This document shows positions 35,033 to 45,104 of a stretch of 64,000 bases of DNA, in pieces. The DNA is taken from the NCBI GenBank assembly GCA_046075365.1, contig JBJTPZ010000271.1, positions 811 through 64,810 of the forward strand, written 5' to 3'. Origin of the DNA: Planctomycetaceae bacterium (GTDB lineage: Bacteria; Planctomycetota; Planctomycetia; Planctomycetales; Planctomycetaceae). Each line of letters begins with the position of its first letter. The first letter of the stretch is position 1. The notes below the pieces were generated by a model that made no database searches, was not told where the DNA came from, and worked only from the letters and a program-made list of their open reading frames with translations. The position numbers and the translations under genes were made by a program.

Positions 35033-37822
35033 TCACGGTATGAACGCCAGTTCGTTGCTGTTCAATATCGCTCGACAAAATGCTGCCAAACCCTCAGAAC
35101 CCACAAACCGCTCGCAATCCTCCTGCTCCTCCCGATCCGCCACTCGACCAAAACACAGCCGAAACGCCCGCTGCACCTGTCCGGATACAGACTCACCCGC
35201 TTCCCTCTTCAGACGGTCCGACAGCAACTCTGACTGCTGCAGCATAAAACTGCTGTTGAACAGATTCAATGCCTGCAACGGCGTCGTCGATCGACTTCGC
35301 CGCGGCACCGAAGTGGCCCCGTCCGGACAGTCGAATACGCCAAAAACAGACTCCCGCTCAAGACGCACCTTCGTTTGATAGATCATCCGCCGCCAGTCCT
35401 CTGGACCATACTGCTGCTTCGGAAAATAATGACGCACATTCTCCAGCTCCACCTGAAAAGCACTGAAGCCCGGACCATACATGTCCTCACGCAAAACTCC
35501 CGACACCTGCAGAATACAGTCCCGCAACGGCTCCGCCTCCAGACGCCTTGAAGGAAATCGCCACAGCCACTCCGTCCCGCCATCCCGCTCCATCCCCTCG
35601 ACCCGCGGAACACTGCTCTGACGATACGTCTGCGAATGCAGAATCAGCCGATGAATGTGCTTCAGCGACCAGCGATTCTCCATCAGCTCCATGCTCAGCC
35701 AGTCCAGCACCTCCGGATGAGTCGGCCTCGCCCCGGCTGCCCCAAAATCGCTCGGCGTCGAAACCAGACCCCGACCAAAATGAAACTGCCAAAGCCGATT
35801 CACGATGACTCGAGCCGTCAGCGGATTCCCACTCGATGCAATCCAGTCAGCCAGTGCCGCACGACGCCGCTGCTCGGTGGACTGCAGATCCAGACCAAGG
35901 CTGCCAAGAACCGCTACAGTATCCGGACCCACAACTTCCCGCTGAGCAGACGGTTCGCCACGAAACAAACGATGAGTCGGTCCGGGCTGCTGGAACGTAC
36001 CCGCATACACCGTTCCGACAGCCTGCAGCTGGCGACGCCTCGACTGCAGTGACTGCTGCTCCTGCAACAACTTCTCCAGTTCCTCGCGCTCGCCAGCCTT
36101 CGCTGCCCGGAAATCATATTGCGGCTCCGCGGGAATCGCCCCCGGCACCGCCCGACCCGCCTCGGTGGCCAACACACGCCACTGACCAGGCTGCTCAGCG
36201 GCCTCAATCTGATACTTCGTCGCCAGTCGGTCCTGAAACCGCCCCTCCCGGTCTCTCGACCAGACAATCCGACTGATCTCACGAACCTCAGACAGCTCCA
36301 CCTGCACCCAGCCACGCCCCGATTGGTTCGAAATCCAGCTCCGAGCATTCCCGGGAACACCGTCGTTCACATGCTTCAACTGGTGGATCTCGTAGCCAGG
36401 CAAAGTTCCCGAAGCCGTAACGCTCGCTCCGGCCGATGACAGTGCCACGTTCTGCCCATCGTTGAATACCTCCAGCTCATCAAGACAAGGCTCACCAGAA
36501 TTTGTCGCAGCAATCGTAAATCGCACGAACTTCGCACGCACCGGTGCAAAAACTTCCTCATTGCCGCGAACATTTACTGCCTCACGCTGCTCTTGCCCCG
36601 CAACACGCCATGGCCTCAGCAGCGTCGAAATCTCCGCCAGCCTCACACCACAGCGCTGCAATTCCTCCACCTGCACAGGGGTCTCAGGCAACTGGCGATC
36701 CCCATGCTGTACCCCGGCAAAAACCGCCTGCAGGGCGTAATAGTCCCGCTGCAGAATCGGATCAAATTTGTGGTTGTGACAGCGAGCACACCCCACGGTC
36801 AGACCAAGAAACACCGTAGACGTCGTCCCGATCATGTCGTCCAGCTCATTCTGACGCTGCATCAGCGTCAGATTAATATCCGGACTCTTCACCAGATCAT
36901 ACGGACCAGCCACCAGATAGGCAGTAGCCTCAGGAGCCCCCGTCACATCGCCGGCAAGCTGCTCGCGCACAAACTGATCGTATGGCTTGTCCTCATTCAA
37001 CGACCGTATCACATAGTCCCGATACGGCCACGCATTCGGACGCTCGCGATTCGTCTCGTAACCGTTCGTCTCGGCAAATCGCACCAGATCCAGCCAGTAG
37101 CGAGCCCATCGTTCTCCGTAATGAGGACTCGCCAGAACCTCCTGCACAAGCAGCTCCCAGGCATCCGGACGCTCATCCTGCTCATACGCTGTCACTTCCT
37201 CCGGAGTCGGCAGTAATCCCAGCATATCCAGATACAAGCGGCGAATCTGGTCGCGTCGACCAGCCGCTGCACTGGGAGTCAGCCCCTGTCGCTGTAACCC
37301 CTGAAGCACCCATGCATCTACCGCACCAGCAGGCCAGTCAGACTGCAGCTCTGGCACCGCAGGACGAGTCACCGGCTTAAACGACCAGTGAGTGATCTCC
37401 TGCCGGTCTGCCTCGGCCGGCTCAATTGAACCTGACCACTCAGCACCCTCGTTGATCCAGCGACGGAGCAGGGCAGTTTCAGTCTCAGTCAATGCAGATT
37501 GCGGTTCCGGGGGCATTCGCTTGCCTGCTTCACGCCCCAGCACAAGCTGCATCAGATGGCTGGCCTCAGCATCACCCGGAACCAGTGCCGGCTCGCCGGA
37601 ATCTCCGCCCCTCAGCACACCACTGCGGCGGTCCAGCCTGAGCCGTGCCTCCTGCTGCTCTGGACCATGACAGTCCCAGCAGTGCTGCTTCAGCAGCGGC
37701 TGAATCTGATTCTCAAAACTTACCTTATCCGCTGCAACAGCCAGTCGGCAAATACAACACACCAGACTCAAGACGATAACTGCACAATGGCGGCAGCCGG
37801 AGATCATTGGTTCGTTCTGCAT
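35033..37822 (-). CDS. PSCyt1/DUF1549/DUF1553 exported protein, paralog 4, with discoidin (F5/8 type C)-like insert
   Basis: QHCWDCHGP, HYGERWARYWLDLVRFAETNGYE, GCARCHNHKFDP, VNRLWQFHFGRGLV, THPEVLDWLS and terminal tag FCRAILNSNELAFIP. The insert has AKFVRFTIAATNSGEPCLDELEVF and ARSWISNQSGRGWVQVELSEVREISRIVWSRD. Confidence 0.9.
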   Translation of the reverse strand: MQNEPMISGCRHCAVIVLSLVCCICRLAVAADKVSFENQIQPLLKQHCWDCHGPEQQEARLRLDRRSGVLRGGDSGEPALVPGDAEASHLMQLVLGREAGKRMPPEPQSALTETETALLRRWINEGAEWSGSIEPAEADRQEITHWSFKPVTRPAVPELQSDWPAGAVDAWVLQGLQRQGLTPSAAAGRRDQIRRLYLDMLGLLPTPEEVTAYEQDERPDAWELLVQEVLASPHYGERWARYWLDLVRFAETNGYETNRERPNAWPYRDYVIRSLNEDKPYDQFVREQLAGDVTGAPEATAYLVAGPYDLVKSPDINLTLMQRQNELDDMIGTTSTVFLGLTVGCARCHNHKFDPILQRDYYALQAVFAGVQHGDRQLPETPVQVEELQRCGVRLAEISTLLRPWRVAGQEQREAVNVRGNEEVFAPVRAKFVRFTIAATNSGEPCLDELEVFNDGQNVALSSAGASVTASGTLPGYEIHQLKHVNDGVPGNARSWISNQSGRGWVQVELSEVREISRIVWSRDREGRFQDRLATKYQIEAAEQPGQWRVLATEAGRAVPGAIPAEPQYDFRAAKAGEREELEKLLQEQQSLQSRRRQLQAVGTVYAGTFQQPGPTHRLFRGEPSAQREVVGPDTVAVLGSLGLDLQSTEQRRRAALADWIASSGNPLTARVIVNRLWQFHFGRGLVSTPSDFGAAGARPTHPEVLDWLSMELMENRWSLKHIHRLILHSQTYRQSSVPRVEGMERDGGTEWLWRFPSRRLEAEPLRDCILQVSGVLREDMYGPGFSAFQVELENVRHYFPKQQYGPEDWRRMIYQTKVRLERESVFGVFDCPDGATSVPRRSRSTTPLQALNLFNSSFMLQQSELLSDRLKREAGESVSGQVQRAFRLCFGRVADREEQEDCERFVGSEGLAAFCRAILNSNELAFIP

Positions 37823-37945
37823 CGGTCCGTCATTTCATCCTGTATCAACGCCGCCGGCAACTGCTGACTTCACCGCTGCCCAACGGCCCGCTTTGCCCGG
37901 TATTCTGACAATCGGAGATTCCCTCAGTCCAGCCAAATCAACGCA

Positions 37946-38863
37946 TCATCCGCGCACAATCTGCCAGCGAATATGGCTGACTGCCGATTTCTCCAGTCGC
38001 AACGAACCCTGACTGCGAAAGCGATTCGCGATCTCCGACACCCGGTCCCGCTGCACCGCACCACTGTGCACATACAGCAAATATCTCAGCTGCAGCGGCG
38101 AATCCGCAGTTGTCACCTGCGAACCATTCAGACACGGCGAAGCACACATCCAGCCGTCATCCCGCACGTGCCAGCAGGCAGGCTGCCCAGGATTCCCCGG
38201 ATGATCGATGTAGGTCAGTCCTTCCCAGGCGTCGCTGTTCAGCTGAGTCGGTCCGCTGTAGTCCATCCACTCGGCAGCCCCGGCAAACAGTTGCTTCTCA
38301 CCCTGAATACCCGCACTGTTAGTCAAAACGCCACCACCAAAAAAAGCAGACACACTCTTTGCTGTCCGGACGGCCAAAAATCCAAAATTCGTCTTCGCGA
38401 ATTCCAGAGACGCAGCAGTCGGAATCCAGCGACTTTGAAGTTCCACTGTATATTCACCACCATCCAGTACCGGACAGACCTCCACGATCAGCTCCTGCCG
38501 CAGCAGAGGCGCCGGATTATGCCCGTCGAACCAGCCCAGCTCTACGGCCATCCGACAGCCGTCCGCACCGTCCTCAAGAGCAAACCACTGCAGCTGCCGA
38601 ATCACCGCACCACTTGTATTACCCCAGAAATCAATCCCCAGCACCTTGTTGTGAGCAAACCAGATGGACTGATGATGGTCATGATCCGGAGCCCCCGGAT
38701 GTCCCATGCGAGTCAAACATGCCCCCGATGGAGCCAGCACCGGGAAGAAACAGGGACGCGGATAGTCACCCCCAAAATTCCACCGCAGCACCTCACGCCC
38801 ACCAATCTGAAAAGCGAAGTGATGAGGAATTCCGGGCACGACCTGACATCGTTCGCCACGCAT
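37946..38863 (-). CDS. DUF6807 / PmoA-family protein
   Basis: RPCFFPVLAPSGACLTRMGHPGAPDHDHHQSIWFAHNKVLGIDFWGN matches my recollection of the family core. AAGGAG lies 6 nt upstream of ATG 38863, so I prefer that over the 38980 ORF start. Confidence 0.6.
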   Translation of the reverse strand: MRGERCQVVPGIPHHFAFQIGGREVLRWNFGGDYPRPCFFPVLAPSGACLTRMGHPGAPDHDHHQSIWFAHNKVLGIDFWGNTSGAVIRQLQWFALEDGADGCRMAVELGWFDGHNPAPLLRQELIVEVCPVLDGGEYTVELQSRWIPTAASLEFAKTNFGFLAVRTAKSVSAFFGGGVLTNSAGIQGEKQLFAGAAEWMDYSGPTQLNSDAWEGLTYIDHPGNPGQPACWHVRDDGWMCASPCLNGSQVTTADSPLQLRYLLYVHSGAVQRDRVSEIANRFRSQGSLRLEKSAVSHIRWQIVRG

Positions 38864-39008
38864 ACTGCTCTCCTTGTGATCTTCCGAAACCCCGTGCGTA
38901 CAACAAACACAGCATATTACGGATCGGTCACTGGCAACTCCATGCCGCATCTGCGAATCTGCCGAATCCGCAGATTCCACCAGTCATCAGAATCCAGAAG
39001 CCAATGCC

Positions 39009-40415
39009 ATGACACAGGTTCTGAACCGCCGCCTGCTGCTGCAGACCCTCGCTGCTTCAGCCGTACTTCCGTCCGCCCTCAGTCACGCCGGCTCATCAGC
39101 AGCGCCCGCACACCCCGACAGCTGGCAAGCGGGTGTGTCCCGTGAGATCATCACGCCGGACACAGCTGTCTGGCTGGCTGGCTACGGATCCCGCCGCGCT
39201 CCGGAAGGCAAACTCCACGACCTGTGGATGAAAGCCCTCGCTCTGCAGGCACCCGACGGTGCAAAGGCCATACTGATCACCAGCGACTTTCAGGGCGTGC
39301 CTGCTTCCATGAGCAATCGCGTCTTCGAAAAGCTTGCCGAACTCCACGGGCTCAGCCGTGACCAGATCATGTTCACTTTTTCGCACAACCACTGCGGCCC
39401 ACGGCTTGGTGACGACCTCATCGATTACTACCCCGTCGAAAACCAGCAGGAAGAACTGGTAAAGCAATACACCGATCTGATGGTTGAAAGAACCGTCCGA
39501 CTGTGCACAAATGCTCTCAGTAACCTAAGCGACGCCAGTCTTAGCCACGGCATCGGCCAGACCACTTTCGCCGTCAACAGACGCAACAATCGCGAAGCAG
39601 ATATACCGGATCTGCTGGCCCGTGGCATTCCCCTTGCCGGCCCCGTGGATCATTCCGTGCCGGTCCTGCAGGTGACTCGCCCGGACGGCAGCGTCGCCGC
39701 CATCCTGTTTGGCTACGCCTGCCACCCCACTACGCTCAGCTTCACGAAATGGTGCGGAGATTACCCCGGCTTCGCTCAGCTGCAGCTGGAGCAGGCATTC
39801 CCCGGAGCTGCTGCCATGTTCGTCAACACCTGCGGCGGCGATCAGAATCCACTGCCCCGCAGAACTGTGGAACTCTGTGAAAAATATGGATCAATGCTGG
39901 CTGACGCCGTGAAACAGACACTGCTGCAGCCCCTGATTCCAGTCTCACCACAACTGCGCACAGCCTTTGAATTGATCGAACTGCCCTACCTGAATGTGAT
40001 CACACGCGATGAACTGCTGCAGGCCGCAGCTGCCGATCAGGGAATTCGCGGACGCTGGGCTCGCAGAATGCTGACAAAACTGGATGCTGGCCAGCACTTT
40101 GCCGCTGCCTCCCCCTACCCGCTGCATGTCTGGCTGCTGGGCGCAGAATTGAAATGGATCGGTATGGGAGCAGAGACCGTCGTCGACTACGCCATTCGAT
40201 TCAAACAGGAACACGGCGCCGGAACCTGGGTCATGGGATACGCCGACGATATGCTCGCATACATTCCCAGCCGTCGCGTCTGGGAAGAAGGAGGCTACGA
40301 AGGTGGCAGCAATCTGTACGAATACGGACGACCTGCCCTCCGCTGGAACGGTGATATCGAAAATCGTATCGTCGCCGGCGTAGATCGGCTGTTCCTGAAA
40401 GTCGGCCAAAAATGA
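39009..40415 (+). CDS. Neutral/alkaline non-lysosomal ceramidase N-terminal-domain-like exported hydrolase
   Basis: TAT-like signal MTQVLNRRLLLQTLAASAVLPSALSHA. Also ITPDTAVWLAGYGSRRAPEGKLHDLWMKALAL, ILITSDFQGV and FSHNHCGP. Confidence 0.5.
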   Translation: MTQVLNRRLLLQTLAASAVLPSALSHAGSSAAPAHPDSWQAGVSREIITPDTAVWLAGYGSRRAPEGKLHDLWMKALALQAPDGAKAILITSDFQGVPASMSNRVFEKLAELHGLSRDQIMFTFSHNHCGPRLGDDLIDYYPVENQQEELVKQYTDLMVERTVRLCTNALSNLSDASLSHGIGQTTFAVNRRNNREADIPDLLARGIPLAGPVDHSVPVLQVTRPDGSVAAILFGYACHPTTLSFTKWCGDYPGFAQLQLEQAFPGAAAMFVNTCGGDQNPLPRRTVELCEKYGSMLADAVKQTLLQPLIPVSPQLRTAFELIELPYLNVITRDELLQAAAADQGIRGRWARRMLTKLDAGQHFAAASPYPLHVWLLGAELKWIGMGAETVVDYAIRFKQEHGAGTWVMGYADDMLAYIPSRRVWEEGGYEGGSNLYEYGRPALRWNGDIENRIVAGVDRLFLKVGQK

Positions 40416-40538
40416 TCTCGACCGCTCAGACACCGGCCCCCCCCGTCTGACTAAACATCCTCCCCGCAAATCTGTACGCTGTCACTCGCTGCAGCTGCAG
40501 CCCGTCAACTCCCATAGTTCTCACCCGGAGCAGTCTCT

Positions 40539-41390
40539 GTGAAAAAACTGAAAAAAATCTGCATCGTCGCCCTCTCACTCCTCGCCAGCCCCGGCCTGTC
40601 CGTCGCACAGGAATGGAAAAGCGGCGTCGAGTGGCAGGAACCACCGCTGGTAACACCCGGTGCTGCCGACAATGCCCCGCCATCAGATGCCGTCGTCCTG
40701 TTCGACGGAAGCAACCTCGACGCATGGGAAAATGGCGACAAATGGCTCATCGAAGATGGCGTCGCGACAGCAAAACAATCAGCCATTACTACCAAAAAAC
40801 ATTTCGGCGATATCCAGCTGCACCTGGAATGGTCTGCACCACTTGAAGTTCGCGGCGAAGGGCAGGGCCGCGGCAACAGCGGCTGCTACCTGATGGGACT
40901 CTATGAAGTTCAAATCCTTGACTCATTCCAAAATCAAACCTACTTCGACGGCCAGGCCGGGTCCATCTACAAACAGACTCCCCCGCTCGCTAACGCCATG
41001 CGCAAACCTGGCGAATGGAACACTTACCAGATTATCTTTAACGCCCCCCGCTTCCGAGGAAATGGTGACGTGGAAAAACCGGCACACGTGACACTGATTC
41101 AGAACGGAGTCCTGCTGCTCAACAACTTTGAACTCTACGGCCCCACCAGCTACACCGAAGCACCCCACTACAAACCCCATGCGGAAACCGGACCAATCTC
41201 ACTGCAGTTCCACGGAGACGCTGTGCGATTCCGCAATATCTGGCTCCGCGAACTGAAACCAGCGGTCGGACGAAGAGTCTCAGCACCCTTCAATCTGCCC
41301 CTGCCTCCCAAACCCGAACAGACCCCAGCTGCGACCAAAACTCAGACGCCGCCAGCACCAAAGGAAACTACCGACACTCCAAAAAAATAA
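40539..41390 (+). CDS. DUF1080 (3-keto-disaccharide hydrolase-like, ConA-fold) secreted protein
   Basis: Signal MKKLKKICIVALSLLASPGLSVAQ (GTG start). Also VLFDGSNLDAWE, FGDIQLHLEW, NSGCYLMGLYEVQILDS, GSIYKQTPP and ISLQFHGDAVRFRNIWLREL. Confidence 0.8.
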   Translation: MKKLKKICIVALSLLASPGLSVAQEWKSGVEWQEPPLVTPGAADNAPPSDAVVLFDGSNLDAWENGDKWLIEDGVATAKQSAITTKKHFGDIQLHLEWSAPLEVRGEGQGRGNSGCYLMGLYEVQILDSFQNQTYFDGQAGSIYKQTPPLANAMRKPGEWNTYQIIFNAPRFRGNGDVEKPAHVTLIQNGVLLLNNFELYGPTSYTEAPHYKPHAETGPISLQFHGDAVRFRNIWLRELKPAVGRRVSAPFNLPLPPKPEQTPAATKTQTPPAPKETTDTPKK

Positions 41391-41411
41391 GCGCTGACGC
41401 ACTGGCTGACA

Positions 41412-41439
41412 GGTCTGACGGTAAACTCTCCGTCAGACC
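41412..41439. terminator. Hairpin between convergent DUF1080 and DUF1501 genes (possible bidirectional terminator)
   Basis: 10-bp stem GGTCTGACGG / CCGTCAGACC with loop TAAACTCT and no clear U-tract. The right arm overlaps the DUF1501 stop codon. Confidence 0.4.
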
Positions 41440-42806
41440 GCGTCGCTCCCGGAATACAACGGTTCGATCACCGCCCCCTGATTCAGGTGTACCGGACGAT
41501 TCAGTCGGTCACGTACCACGGAATGCGGATCAATCCCCAGCGCCGAATACACCGTCGCACCCAGATCGTCCGGCGAAAATGCTGCCGAATCCGGATAGGC
41601 TCCGATCTCATCCGAACGGCCAATCACTTTGCCCCCCTGCACGCCGGCACCCGCAAACAGCCCGGTGAAACACGGCCCCCAATGGTCGCGACCGCCGTCT
41701 GCATTGATTTTCGGCGTCCTGCCGAATTCACCAAGCATGATCACCATCGTATCCCGCAGCAATCCTCGCTCATCAAGATCCTGCAGCAGCGCCGACACAC
41801 CACGGTCCAGTGGTGCCAAAAGGCGATCCTTCAAAGTTCGAAAAATCGCAGCATGGCTGTCCCAGTTCTGTACAGGCCCCATATTGGCCTGCACGATCGG
41901 AACTCCCGCTTCTACCAGTCGACGCGCCAACAGCAGCGACTGACCAAACGTGTGCCGGCCATAACGATCACGGACGGAGTCCGGTTCACGATGTAGCTCA
42001 AATGCCTGAGTCAGTCGACCGGCTGACAACATACTGAAGGCCAGTCGCTGATCCTCTGACATCCGCGCTGCCGATCCGGTAACCGCCCCCGCTGCATCTG
42101 CCGGCTGCAGGCTCTGCAGCAGTCGGCGACGACTGTCAAGTCGGCTCTGATCCAGACCCTGAATCAGTGATAACGATTCAACCCGAAAATCAGCACTCGC
42201 AGGATCCCCCACAATCTGCCACGGATCGTACTTCGGCCCCAGAAAACCAGCCTGCTGACCAGGCCACGTCAAAGGAGCAGACATCAGCCACGTCGGCAAA
42301 TTGACTCCACTGGGAATGCCATCAGACCGAGCACGCAGAAACTCGCACCCAGCTGAATAACAAGGCCAGTCATCTCGCGATGCCACCTTGTCGAAAAATC
42401 CACCAGGCTGAAGATGCCCCGTCAGCACATGATGAGTCGACATCAAATGATTGTTGTCCTTGTGGGACAAACTGCGAACCAGAGCGTATTTATGAGCCAA
42501 AGTCGCCAGACCTGGCAGATGCTGGCACACCTGAGTTCCGGCGACAGTCGTGGCTATCGGACTGAACTCACCACGAACCTCGGCCGCTGCCTCCGGCTTC
42601 ATATCCAGCGTGTCATGATGGCTGATTGCACCAGTGCAAAACACCAGAATCAGCGATTTCGCACGAGCCTGTTCGACGCCACCCGCTGACCGTTGTGCCG
42701 CCACCAACTGCCCGGCAGTACACCCCAGTAACCCCGACCAGCCAACCTGCAGCAACCGGCGACGTCGGATCAGCGAATTCTCACAGGTGTACGAATCGGG
42801 CAGCAT
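41433..42806 (-). CDS. DUF1501 (sulfatase-fold) TAT-exported protein
   Basis: Twin-arginine signal LIRRRRLLQVGWSGLLG. Also HKDNNHLMSTHHVLTG and the family signature MLGEFGRTPKINADGGRDHW. Confidence 0.9.
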   Translation of the reverse strand: MLPDSYTCENSLIRRRRLLQVGWSGLLGCTAGQLVAAQRSAGGVEQARAKSLILVFCTGAISHHDTLDMKPEAAAEVRGEFSPIATTVAGTQVCQHLPGLATLAHKYALVRSLSHKDNNHLMSTHHVLTGHLQPGGFFDKVASRDDWPCYSAGCEFLRARSDGIPSGVNLPTWLMSAPLTWPGQQAGFLGPKYDPWQIVGDPASADFRVESLSLIQGLDQSRLDSRRRLLQSLQPADAAGAVTGSAARMSEDQRLAFSMLSAGRLTQAFELHREPDSVRDRYGRHTFGQSLLLARRLVEAGVPIVQANMGPVQNWDSHAAIFRTLKDRLLAPLDRGVSALLQDLDERGLLRDTMVIMLGEFGRTPKINADGGRDHWGPCFTGLFAGAGVQGGKVIGRSDEIGAYPDSAAFSPDDLGATVYSALGIDPHSVVRDRLNRPVHLNQGAVIEPLYSGSDAV

Positions 42807-43101
42807 GTGAGCAGATTTCGGCAGAAAGAAAGCGGCAGGTTATCCGAGGCAGGCGTTCCACCGAAGTATCGGCGTGGAACGATCAGTCTAGTGCAACGGC
42901 AGCCTCAGTTAAACAAAAAAACGATTGGTTCGAATTTGCCGCTGAAAATTGCGTAATTTCCGTCAGAAATGCACTTCGAACGAAATCGCCATGAGAAATC
43001 TCGGATTTCGGCCAATCGGCATACGCCTTGCGGATAGAATTGATCGGACAGTCACCCAGTCAAATTGGCAGACGGCCAGTTTACAGCACAGGAGACAGCA
43101 C

Positions 43102-43812
43102 ATGTTCGGTTATTTTTTCGACTCAACCTACATCCTGATGGTCCTGATCCCCGGACTGCTGATGTCAGGCATTGCCAGTCTGTTGGTCAAATCTGCCTTC
43201 AGCACGTACTCCCAGGTACCCACCCAGCGAGGCATGTCCGGGGCGCAGGCAGCCCAGCTGCTGCTGCAGAACGCTGGCATCTATGACGTGCAGATCGAAC
43301 GTGCTCAGGGATTCCTCAGCGATCACTACAATCCTGCCACTCGCACACTTGCGCTCTCGGACAACGTCTACAGCAGTACCTCCGTCGCTGCAGTCGGAGT
43401 TGCCTGCCACGAAGCCGGGCACGCTATCCAGCACGCCGATAACTATGGCCCGCTGTGGCTCCGCTCATCGCTCGTTCCTGTCGTCGGCTTCGGATCACAC
43501 GCCTCCGAAATCCTGCTCATGCTGGGATTTGTACTGCACGCCAAACCGCTGCTGCTGGCTGGCGTGATTGCTTTCGCAACCATCGTTCTGTTCCAGCTTG
43601 TGACCCTGCCTGTCGAATTCGACGCCTCAGCCCGGGCAAAACGCCTGTGCCTCGAGTATGGTATTGTCACAAATCAGGAATACACCGGCGTCAGTCGCGT
43701 ACTGAATGCCGCCGCTCTGACCTACGTCGCAGCCTTCGTATCCAGCCTGCTGACTCTGCTTTACTACCTCATCAAACTGGGCCTGCTGGGCAATAATCGC
43801 AACGAAGAATAA
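43102..43812 (+). CDS. Membrane zinc metallopeptidase (YugP / Zn_peptidase_2-like)
   Basis: MFGYFFDSTYILMVLIPGLLMSGIA, DHYNPATRTLALS, HExxH in VACHEAGHAIQH, and C-terminal TM helices. AGGAGA lies 6 nt upstream of ATG 43102. Confidence 0.85.
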   Translation: MFGYFFDSTYILMVLIPGLLMSGIASLLVKSAFSTYSQVPTQRGMSGAQAAQLLLQNAGIYDVQIERAQGFLSDHYNPATRTLALSDNVYSSTSVAAVGVACHEAGHAIQHADNYGPLWLRSSLVPVVGFGSHASEILLMLGFVLHAKPLLLAGVIAFATIVLFQLVTLPVEFDASARAKRLCLEYGIVTNQEYTGVSRVLNAAALTYVAAFVSSLLTLLYYLIKLGLLGNNRNEE

Positions 43813-43844
43813 TCGCTGGCCGCTGCAGGGCAGGGTACTTGCCG

Positions 43845-45047
43845 TCACTTGTCGGAACCCGCTGCCCCCGCTTCCACCCAGGCTTCCGTAAACACCGAAT
43901 GTTTCATCGACTTGCCTTCCTTCACGAAGTAGCTGTAGACAACGTGAATGCGTCCGTCTCTTCCCTGTATCACACATGGGTAATGAGCGGACCCATCTGG
44001 AAGATCTTCCAGAAGTCGTTTCCATTTCCAGGTACTGCCTTCGTCGTCCGACATACTGACAGCCAGCCGGCCTCGCCCCTCTCGTGCGTCGTTGTGCACC
44101 AGCAGCCAGCGTCCGCTCTGCAGCCGCACTCCGTCAAGACCCGACCCGGGATTCGGCAGGCCGGAAACCAGAACCGGTCCCCACGTCGCCCCCTCATCAG
44201 TCGATTCCGCGTACCGCACATGACCGGTAAACCCGTTTTCTCGCATCCAGGCAACAACCGTACCATCCGATTTCTGCAAAACCGTCGGTTGAATCGCCCC
44301 GAATCCCAGCATGGGTTTCCCGGCAAACCAGGTCCGACCACCGTCGTCACTAATGGCCATGATCGACAGCGAGAAAGTATCCGTGTACAGCGGCAGCAGA
44401 ATTCGCCCCGACCGCAGGACCGTCGGTTTGCAGCGAGGCTGCCAGCCCATCCTTTGCCAGATTTTCTGGCTAAGACGCTCGCGAGCCTCATTGATTGACG
44501 CCATTTTTTGAGGGGGCAGGGGAGGCAGCAGAGCCAGGGTCTCATCGAGCACCCGGATCGCCTCAGCGGAAAAATCCGCAGGCTTGAGCAGAATAGTGTC
44601 ATCACGATTCCACGCCGGGGCAGCCGAGCCTTCCGGCTGATCTGAAACCCTCAGTCGCGTCAGACAGGATTCCCAGGTATTCGCGACGATCACCGGCCAA
44701 AACAAAAACAGTCGCCCGTCTGCGTCCGTCATCAGCGCCGTGTTGCAGTCGGGGAATCCGGGAGTATCCGCGAGCAGGAACGCTTCACTCCAGACTTTAC
44801 TGCCTGGCTTCAACCGAGAGCCCCAGACCGCCACGTCGTCAGCCGTTCGCTCGCCACTGCCACGATACCACGACACAATCAGTTCGCCACTTTTCAGCTC
44901 TGCAATTCCCGGGGCGTGATTGTGCTGCGAGTGCAGAGGGAAAATGAGCTCCGCAGCCGGCTGCTGCCCGCTGGCATTACCGAATCCGATCGCCCACATG
45001 CCCGTCAAAAGTATTCCCAGACGCACAAAACATGACGACAGATTCAT
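43845..45047 (-). CDS. BNR-repeat sialidase-fold (exo-alpha-sialidase-like) secreted protein
   Basis: Signal MNLSSCFVRLGILLTGMWAIGFGNASG. Three Asp-box/BNR motifs: SDDGGRTW, STDEGATW, SDDEGSTW. Confidence 0.75.
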   Translation of the reverse strand: MNLSSCFVRLGILLTGMWAIGFGNASGQQPAAELIFPLHSQHNHAPGIAELKSGELIVSWYRGSGERTADDVAVWGSRLKPGSKVWSEAFLLADTPGFPDCNTALMTDADGRLFLFWPVIVANTWESCLTRLRVSDQPEGSAAPAWNRDDTILLKPADFSAEAIRVLDETLALLPPLPPQKMASINEARERLSQKIWQRMGWQPRCKPTVLRSGRILLPLYTDTFSLSIMAISDDGGRTWFAGKPMLGFGAIQPTVLQKSDGTVVAWMRENGFTGHVRYAESTDEGATWGPVLVSGLPNPGSGLDGVRLQSGRWLLVHNDAREGRGRLAVSMSDDEGSTWKWKRLLEDLPDGSAHYPCVIQGRDGRIHVVYSYFVKEGKSMKHSVFTEAWVEAGAAGSDK

Positions 45048-45104
45048 GAAAACCTCGCGAACAAGCACCACAGAACGTGCCTCTAAAATCAGTGCTGCCG
45101 ATAC

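Noticed and set aside
37973-39145. A 390-aa plus-strand ORF spanning the antisense of the DUF6807 gene, the intergenic gap and the start of the ceramidase-like gene.
   Set aside because: It crosses a divergent promoter region and overlaps two genes with good family motifs. Its composition is rich in Arg, Pro, Ser and Thr and shows no domain signature. It looks like a long-ORF artefact of GC-rich DNA.
42900-42960. GGTTCGAAT, a tRNA T-loop-like string, in the 296-nt gap upstream of the zinc peptidase gene.
   Set aside because: The flanking bases do not form a T-stem (attgg / ttgcc are not complementary). No acceptor or anticodon arms can be drawn.
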